From the NCBI GenBank assembly GCA_005222965.1, contig NJBG01000001.1, forward strand, positions 208,323 through 272,322: 64,000 bases of DNA, in the 5' to 3' direction. Below are positions 57,786-64,000 of the stretch, in pieces. Both the position numbers and the translations under genes were made by a program. Every line of letters starts with the position of its first letter. Within the stretch, counting starts at the first letter, position 1. This DNA comes from Candidatus Woesearchaeota archaeon B3_Woes (GTDB taxonomy: Archaea; Nanobdellota; Nanobdellia; Woesearchaeales; B3-WOES). The notes under the pieces are model-generated. The model was not told where the DNA came from. It saw only the letters and a list, made by a program, of their open reading frames with translations, and did no database searches.

Positions 57786-57801
57786 TACTCAAAAAAGAGT
57801 A
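57786..57801. promoter_or_regulatory. Candidate RbkR operator
   Basis: TACTC-N6-GAGTA palindrome between the divergent TATA boxes of ribC and ribK. Confidence 0.65.
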
Positions 57802-57837
57802 ATATTTAAATATAAGTTGTTAATTTTAATATAATGT

Positions 57838-58608
57838 ATGGATAAAAACACCTTATCAAAAAAACTATACAAGACTGACATTATTATGCTAATGTACATT
57901 GCTTCTAAATCGGAGTTTTATAATGAATTTAAAACATCTACAATGAATATTGCAGAAGATTTAGGGATATCACAGCAAAGCGCATCAAGGAAACTTTCTG
58001 AACTAAAAAGTCAGGATTTATTAGATGTAAAGCCAACTAACAAAGGCTCAATAATTAGGTTAACGCAGGAAGGGGTTTTAATGTTAAAGAATATTAAAAG
58101 TGAGTTTTTTGAAGAGCTCAAGCCTAATGTCATATTTAATGGTTCTTTAGTTAAAGGATTTGGTGAAGGAAAATATTATATGGAACAAAAAGGCTATAAA
58201 CAACAGTTCAACAAAAAATTAAACTATATACCATGGCCAGGTACTTTCAACATTAAATTAAATTCAGGAAAATTAAAAGATATGCTAAGCAATATTAAAC
58301 CAATAACAATTAAAGGATTTAATGAAAAAAACAGAAACTTTGGAAGCATATATTGTTATCCTTGTACAATAATTGACAATAAACTATTAAACAAAAACCT
58401 TTACAATAAGTTAAAACAAAATGGATTCATGGGTTTTGATAATATTCCACCGGATATTGAAAAAGATATTAAGACTAATCTTATAATTCCAAAACGTTCA
58501 GGACATTCAGATGATATAATTGAGATCATTGCTCCTGTTTATTTAAGAAAATCATTAAATGTAAAAGAAAATGATGAAATAATTGTTACATTACAACAAA
58601 ATGATTAA
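57838..58608 (+). CDS. ribK: CTP-dependent riboflavin kinase with HTH (RbkR)
   Basis: LGISQQSASR HTH; G.GEGKYY, PGTFNI, P.RS.H, EIIAP..LR. Confidence 0.93.
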   Translation: MDKNTLSKKLYKTDIIMLMYIASKSEFYNEFKTSTMNIAEDLGISQQSASRKLSELKSQDLLDVKPTNKGSIIRLTQEGVLMLKNIKSEFFEELKPNVIFNGSLVKGFGEGKYYMEQKGYKQQFNKKLNYIPWPGTFNIKLNSGKLKDMLSNIKPITIKGFNEKNRNFGSIYCYPCTIIDNKLLNKNLYNKLKQNGFMGFDNIPPDIEKDIKTNLIIPKRSGHSDDIIEIIAPVYLRKSLNVKENDEIIVTLQQND

Positions 58609-59539
58609 AAAAACAAATAAATGGTGGCCAGCACTTTTAATTATTATTGCTGCAATGATGTGGGGTATAGATGGAAGTGTACTAAGACCAGCACTATACT
58701 CTCTTCAGGCAAAAGTTGTTGTATTTACAGAACACGCTATCGCATTCACTATAATGCTTATTTTAATCATAATAACATTAATCACTAATAAAAAATCTTC
58801 TTGGCTTCAAAAAGATATTAAAAGTATTAAAAAACTCTCTTTCAAAAGATGGCTTTCTGTCGGATGGGTTGCTTTTTTCGGAGGTATGATCGGAACAATA
58901 GCAATAACAAAGGCATTGTTTTATGTTGGATTTGTACCTTTATCAGTCCCTATACTACTACAAAAACTTCAGCCTATTTTCGCAATCTTACTTGCTAGAA
59001 TTGTTTTAAAAGAAAAACCAAAAAAGAAATTTTACTTTTGGGCTTTCTTAGCTTTAATTGGAAGTTATTTTGTAACTTTTGGTTTGAATAAACCATTTAT
59101 AAGTTTTGAAAACAAAACATTAATGGCAGCAATACTTGGATTAATAGCTGCATTTTCATGGGGTTCTTCAACAGTTTTTGGTAAGAATATCTTGAAAAGT
59201 CTAAGTTTTAGAGCAGCAACATTCTTAAGATTTGGAGTAACATCTATTTTGGTTTTTTTGCTGTTAATACTAACCTCTTCTTTGTCAGGACTAAGTAATA
59301 TACAACCAACCCATATTATGATATTAATTATTATAGCACTAACAACAGGGGGATTAGCAATATTCATCTACTATAAAGGATTACAAAAAGTAAAAGCCTC
59401 TTCAGCAACAATCTATGAACTTGCATTTCCCATTACTGTATTAATTTTAGATTACCTACTTCACGGAAAAATATTATCAATACATCAATTTATAGGAGCA
59501 ACACTAATCATAATATCATTTATTAAGATTACTAAATAG
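58601..59539 (+). CDS. EamA/DMT family transporter (candidate riboflavin transporter)
   Basis: About 10 TM, two EamA repeats; coupled to ribK. Confidence 0.85.
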   Translation: MIKKTNKWWPALLIIIAAMMWGIDGSVLRPALYSLQAKVVVFTEHAIAFTIMLILIIITLITNKKSSWLQKDIKSIKKLSFKRWLSVGWVAFFGGMIGTIAITKALFYVGFVPLSVPILLQKLQPIFAILLARIVLKEKPKKKFYFWAFLALIGSYFVTFGLNKPFISFENKTLMAAILGLIAAFSWGSSTVFGKNILKSLSFRAATFLRFGVTSILVFLLLILTSSLSGLSNIQPTHIMILIIIALTTGGLAIFIYYKGLQKVKASSATIYELAFPITVLILDYLLHGKILSIHQFIGATLIIISFIKITK

Positions 59540-59541
59540 AA

Positions 59542-61305
59542 TTATTCTAAAACAGCTTTAATTCTTCTAATACCTGCAGCAGAACTCTCTTCTTTTTTTA
59601 TCTTAAAATGACCTAATTCAGAAATATTTTTTATATGGGGACCCATACAAATCTCTTTTGAATAATCTCCAATAGAATAAACAGTTACTTTCGAAGGATA
59701 CTTTGCGCCAAACTCTGATTGTGCACCTGATTTCAATGCCTTGTCTAATTTCATTTCCTCACTTGTAACTTTTAATTTTTTCTGAATAACTTTATTCACT
59801 TCATCCTCAACAGCTTTCTTCTCTTCTGGTGTTAATTTTCTATCAAAATTAAAATCATATCTAAGTCTTTCAGGAGTTATGTTACTCCCTTTTTGTTTTA
59901 TATTTGGATTTTTCAAAACTTTTCTTAATGCTTCTCCAAGCAAATGCGTTGCAGTATGAAGCTTAGCAGTTATTTCAGATGATTCACTTAAGCCGCCTTT
60001 AAATCTCTTCTCTGCTCCTACCCTCGACAATTCCTGATGTTTCTCAAACTCTTTATCAAAACATTTTACATCAACAGTTTGTTTTCTTTCTTTAGCAAGC
60101 TCTTCAGTCATTTCTATTGGAAACCCATAACTTTGGAATAAAAAGAATGCATCTTTTCCAGAAATCTTTCCTTTACTATTAATTTTTTCAAATTGTCTTA
60201 AACCTTTTTCTAAAGTATCTCTAAATTTCTCCTCTTCTTTTGATAATTCATCCAAAATAAATTTTTTATTTTTATTAAGCTCTGGATAATCAGTTTTATA
60301 CATATCAATTACACTCTTTGCAAGAGGTTCGCATAATCCCTTTTCAATTCCTAAAAGTTTTCCATGTCTAATAGCTCTTCTAATAAACCTTCTAAGAATA
60401 TAACCTTGATCAAGATTACTAGGCACAACTCCCCTCTCATCTCCAAGAATAAATGTTGATGCTTTCACATGATCTGATATAATCATAACACTATTCATTT
60501 GTTCTTTATTGAATTTTTTAATATTAGATAATTTTTTTATTTCATCAATAATAGGAATAAAGATTTCTGTTTCATAAACATTGTTTTTGCCTTGTAACAT
60601 GGCAATTGTTCTTTCAACACCCATTCCAGTATCAACATTTTGTTGTTTTAACTTAACAAATTTATCTTCTCCTACTTTATCATACTCCATAAAAACATCG
60701 TTCCATATTTCAAAATATTTCCCGCAGTTACAACCAGGTTTACAATCTGAACCGCATGATTTTTTCCCAGTATCTATAAACATCTCTGTACAAGGACCAC
60801 AGGGGCCTGTTTTTCCAGCAGGACCCCACCAATTATCTTTCTTAGGCAAAAAAAAGATTCTCTCCTTAGGTATTCCTAATGATTCCCATATTCCAGCAGA
60901 TTCAATATCTTTAGGAGCATCTTTATCTCCTTTAAAACAAGTGATATATAATTTAGAAACATCAAACATTAAAACTTCTGTCAAAAATTCAAAACTCCAT
61001 TCAATTGCATCTTTTTTAAAATAATCTCCAAAACTCCAGTTTCCAAGCATCTCAAAAAAAGTTAAATGAGTAGAATCGCCAACTTCATCTATATCCCCTG
61101 TTCTAATGCACTTCTGAACATCAACTATCCTTTTTCCTAAAGGATGGGGTTGTCCTGTTAAAAAAGGGACTAAAGGATGCATTCCAGCTGTTGTAAACAA
61201 CACAGTCGGATCATGCTCTGGAATAAGAGAAGCAGAATCTATTAGAGCATGGTGTTTGCTCTTAAAAAATTCAATATATTTCTTTTTTAGTTCTAAAGCA
61301 TTCAT
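59542..61305 (-). CDS. alaS: Alanyl-tRNA synthetase, short form without the C-Ala domain
   Basis: LFTTAGM, QKCIRT, HLTFFEMLGNWSFGDYFK, DTGMG.ER, HTATH and CMGPH editing motifs, GIRRI.A end. Confidence 0.96.
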   Translation of the reverse strand: MNALELKKKYIEFFKSKHHALIDSASLIPEHDPTVLFTTAGMHPLVPFLTGQPHPLGKRIVDVQKCIRTGDIDEVGDSTHLTFFEMLGNWSFGDYFKKDAIEWSFEFLTEVLMFDVSKLYITCFKGDKDAPKDIESAGIWESLGIPKERIFFLPKKDNWWGPAGKTGPCGPCTEMFIDTGKKSCGSDCKPGCNCGKYFEIWNDVFMEYDKVGEDKFVKLKQQNVDTGMGVERTIAMLQGKNNVYETEIFIPIIDEIKKLSNIKKFNKEQMNSVMIISDHVKASTFILGDERGVVPSNLDQGYILRRFIRRAIRHGKLLGIEKGLCEPLAKSVIDMYKTDYPELNKNKKFILDELSKEEEKFRDTLEKGLRQFEKINSKGKISGKDAFFLFQSYGFPIEMTEELAKERKQTVDVKCFDKEFEKHQELSRVGAEKRFKGGLSESSEITAKLHTATHLLGEALRKVLKNPNIKQKGSNITPERLRYDFNFDRKLTPEEKKAVEDEVNKVIQKKLKVTSEEMKLDKALKSGAQSEFGAKYPSKVTVYSIGDYSKEICMGPHIKNISELGHFKIKKEESSAAGIRRIKAVLE

Positions 61306-61351
61306 AGAAATAAGAATAAACTTAATTCTTTTAAAGGTTACTATATTATAT

Positions 61352-61798
61352 TTATCCTTTTCTGATGATTATATTTGCTTGTTTATTTTTTATAGAGATG
61401 AGTTCTATATATAATTGTTCATCTCCAAGATATAATGTTTTTGATTTTTGAGGTTGAACACGAATTGGTAAAGGGTTTCCAAAGAAAGATATTGTTCTAA
61501 CATCAAAGTCTAATGCAAAATATTGCTGAAAATAATCTGTATTAGAAGAAAAAGGGTTAGATTTTAGAGAAAACTTGGCTCTTTTTCTATCTTTGGTTAA
61601 ATCATAAAGTGAAAGTATATATGATCCTCCATCTGTTATAATATCAACTTTACCATATTCATCAATAGTAATCTGTTCTGTGTTTAATGTTGCAAACGCA
61701 ACTATTTGATTACTGCTATCAACACTAGGGAAAACTGCTATAAGAGCTATTAATAATACTAAAACAAATCCAAGACTTAATACTTCTTTATTATTCAT
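61352..61798 (-). CDS. Hypothetical protein with N-terminal TM
   Basis: Hydrophobic N-terminus; gaggtga RBS. Confidence 0.65.
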   Translation of the reverse strand: MNNKEVLSLGFVLVLLIALIAVFPSVDSSNQIVAFATLNTEQITIDEYGKVDIITDGGSYILSLYDLTKDRKRAKFSLKSNPFSSNTDYFQQYFALDFDVRTISFFGNPLPIRVQPQKSKTLYLGDEQLYIELISIKNKQANIIIRKG

Positions 61799-61871
61799 AA
61801 TTTCACCTCTAATACCTTATTTATTTTCAAAGTTTAAAAATATTACTATATTAACAAAGATTAGAATAATC

Positions 61872-61917
61872 TTTCTAGAACATAAGAAAAGCTTTTCGCT
61901 TTTCTGGGCTCTAGAAA
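61872..61917. repeat. Intergenic hairpin (REP-like or terminator)
   Basis: tttctagaac..agaaaagc-ttttc-gcttttct..gctctagaaa. Confidence 0.55.
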
Positions 61918-61919
61918 AA

Positions 61920-62666
61920 CTAGAACAGTTTTTCTAGAATATCTAAGGTATACAAAATCATTGCCTGAGTCTGTTGTTCAGAAGGGCTAAATGCTTCTTT
62001 CTTTTTATGCACAGAAAAAACTCTAACCTGATTAACAAGGTGAATCTGATTAGTCAAAGCTGGGTCCAAAGCAACATTTTTTTCTTTTAGTTTTGCAATT
62101 AAATTACCTAATCCAATACCAGGGCTTTTCTCTAAAATGTCTTGGCCAGTAACATCATAATACTTTCTATGTAAAGCAGCCTCTAAAACCCTTCCGCATA
62201 ATATAACAGAACTTCTATAGCATTCATTTTTATAACATTTTTCTAATTCTTTCAAATCCAAAACAACATCCGATCTAATATCAGATGGAATATTCTTTGG
62301 AATCTTAATAAAAGATTCTTTCCTTTCAGAAGGAAAAGTTATATATTTTATCAACAAATCAATCTTTTTAATAAATTTCTGTAATTCCTCAATATTTGTT
62401 GTATCTAATTGAGGCAGAATTTCCATAAGGTGATTAAGTTTTTCCTGTCCAACAGCACTATCCTGTACAATAGTCTGTAATTGTAATGGGGCATTTTTTA
62501 CCTTCTTTATGGCCTTTTGTAATGCTTGTTGATAGTATTTTCTTTGATTTAAATCATAATCCAACATTGCCTTATTAGGGTCTATATGTTTGTCTAACTG
62601 AACATTATGTTTAACAGCAGTTTCTAATGCGAATTTTAATTGTTGAAAATCTTTTTTGAAACTCAT
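61920..62666 (-). CDS. DUF4145 (HEPN-like) domain protein
   Basis: ELEKCY....YRSSVILCGRVLE.AL, LG.LI, RVFSVH (Rx4H). Confidence 0.7.
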   Translation of the reverse strand: MSFKKDFQQLKFALETAVKHNVQLDKHIDPNKAMLDYDLNQRKYYQQALQKAIKKVKNAPLQLQTIVQDSAVGQEKLNHLMEILPQLDTTNIEELQKFIKKIDLLIKYITFPSERKESFIKIPKNIPSDIRSDVVLDLKELEKCYKNECYRSSVILCGRVLEAALHRKYYDVTGQDILEKSPGIGLGNLIAKLKEKNVALDPALTNQIHLVNQVRVFSVHKKKEAFSPSEQQTQAMILYTLDILEKLF

Positions 62667-62778
62667 TTTAATACCTCAAGATTTCAACCTTGAAAACTTT
62701 AATTTTCATTGGTTGAAAATCTTTTTTAAATCCCATATTTATACCTTAAAATTCAAAACTTTTATAGTTTTCTATCAA

Positions 62779-63969
62779 TTAAGCTAAAAAATACTTTAAT
62801 TTTCTTTGTGTTTTCAATTTATTCAATATAACACTATTAGATAAAACCTTGTCTAAATCAAATCTAAAATTTTTTTGGACCATTGTCCGCGCATAATCAA
62901 TCATCTCTTCTTTAGATGAAAATATTATAGGTTTATTTTGCATGGCCTTTCTCGTTGCTTCTCTAACAACCCATACACCTAAAGGAGCATAATACTCATT
63001 TGTTATAAATCTTAAACATAATACAGTTGATTTTCTTTTTATATTCTTTAATTTCTTTAAAATAGGCAACCTAGAAGCGTAATAACCACCAGCAGTTTCT
63101 CCAGCATAAGATTTTCTGCCATAAACATCTTCATAATCCGTTGCATAAAATTTCTTGTGTTTGCTCCAGGGATTTATTTGTAAAGGAACTCCCATCTCAA
63201 ATAACTCAAAATTCCAAACATCTGGAAACATCAAAACCAGATAATAATTTCCTAAATACCCTCCAAAAAAAACCATATAATCTGTTTCAGAATAATACTT
63301 AATCTCATTAATAATTCTTTTACTTAACATATCATCAGTAGCTGTAATGCTCCACTTTGTTGGAACAAGCTTTCTATTATTCTTAATCCCTATATTTCCA
63401 ATAGATAGTAATTTACTTAAAAAATTCTCATCAAATCCTTTATCATATAAATAATTTAAAGCTCCTTCTGCTTTCAAATCATAATCATCAACAACTTTTT
63501 CAACTTTAGAACTAACAAAAGAGTTAGATGTTATTTTTGCCTGTTTAAGCTGTGCTTTAGGACCAGTGGGTGTCATAATTCTATCAGTATAAAGGCCAAA
63601 AACAGGTTTATCCTTAAGATGAATTTCAACATCAACTGGTTTAGAAGCCATACCTACTTCCTGTGCAATTTCTAAAAATTTTGTAGAGTTTTTTACATGA
63701 GTTTTGAATCTAGAATTTATTAACGCGCTTCTATAATCTACAATATCAGGAATCTTAAATTGATTATCAGCCCAGTATCTCGGTGCATCATAAATCCACG
63801 CCTTTTCTTTAACTTCAACAGGGCTCAATAAGCCAACATTAAGATTAGGATATCCTACATGTCCAACAAAAGGAGCAGGAGAACTTCCCTCAAAATCTCT
63901 TTTAGTAAGCTTAGGCTTTACTCTAAACATAGCTTCCTGTGCAATATTACGAGAGAATTTTACATTCAT
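62779..63969 (-). CDS. nreA: Nre family DNA repair protein
   Basis: GSSP..FVG..GYP, RKLVPTKWSITATDD, E..GGYYASRL, Y.APLGVWVVRE; C-terminal PIP QRKLKYF. Confidence 0.9.
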   Translation of the reverse strand: MNVKFSRNIAQEAMFRVKPKLTKRDFEGSSPAPFVGHVGYPNLNVGLLSPVEVKEKAWIYDAPRYWADNQFKIPDIVDYRSALINSRFKTHVKNSTKFLEIAQEVGMASKPVDVEIHLKDKPVFGLYTDRIMTPTGPKAQLKQAKITSNSFVSSKVEKVVDDYDLKAEGALNYLYDKGFDENFLSKLLSIGNIGIKNNRKLVPTKWSITATDDMLSKRIINEIKYYSETDYMVFFGGYLGNYYLVLMFPDVWNFELFEMGVPLQINPWSKHKKFYATDYEDVYGRKSYAGETAGGYYASRLPILKKLKNIKRKSTVLCLRFITNEYYAPLGVWVVREATRKAMQNKPIIFSSKEEMIDYARTMVQKNFRFDLDKVLSNSVILNKLKTQRKLKYFLA

Positions 63970-64000
63970 GTTAAGAGTATGTTTTCCTCATATTTAAATC

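Overview
AT-rich, densely packed archaeal chromosome segment, most likely from a DPANN archaeon (Woesearchaeota-like). The archaeal call rests on Cdc6/Orc1, aCPSF1/FttA next to proteasome beta, EF-1beta next to a Zn-ribbon gene, RtcB/archease/RtcA, deoxyhypusine synthase, archaeal RibC/RibK/RibL and BRE-TATA promoters; the DPANN assignment is an inference from TrmB regulators and pilin-like proteins. Housekeeping genes (rnhB, serS, valS, hisS, alaS, map, sua5, tatD, nreA) are interleaved with accessory islets at about 1-3.4 kb, 10-11.7 kb, 12.9-23.8 kb and 49.5-55.2 kb. The most striking feature is absent from the ORF track: a divergent pair of tRNA genes at 4468-4897. One is an initiator tRNA-Met interrupted by four introns (29/30, 37/38, 43/44, 59/60), each with a hand-derived bulge-helix-bulge and with mutually exclusive folds; the other is a tRNA-Ser(GCU) with two introns. 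Other notable items: a PIN-less PINA ATPase, an RHH-HisRS fusion with a candidate operator, an outer-membrane-beta-barrel-like secreted protein, a synonymously recoded duplicate of the cdc6 3' end flanking an orphan gene, paralogous pilin-like proteins carrying different cargo domains (M64 peptidase), a DHS-decarboxylase-agmatinase operon, a hybrid riboflavin cluster with an RbkR-type operator, and several pseudogene scars. No CRISPR array, rRNA, integrase or transposase was seen. All family calls come from motif recognition by eye, not database searches.
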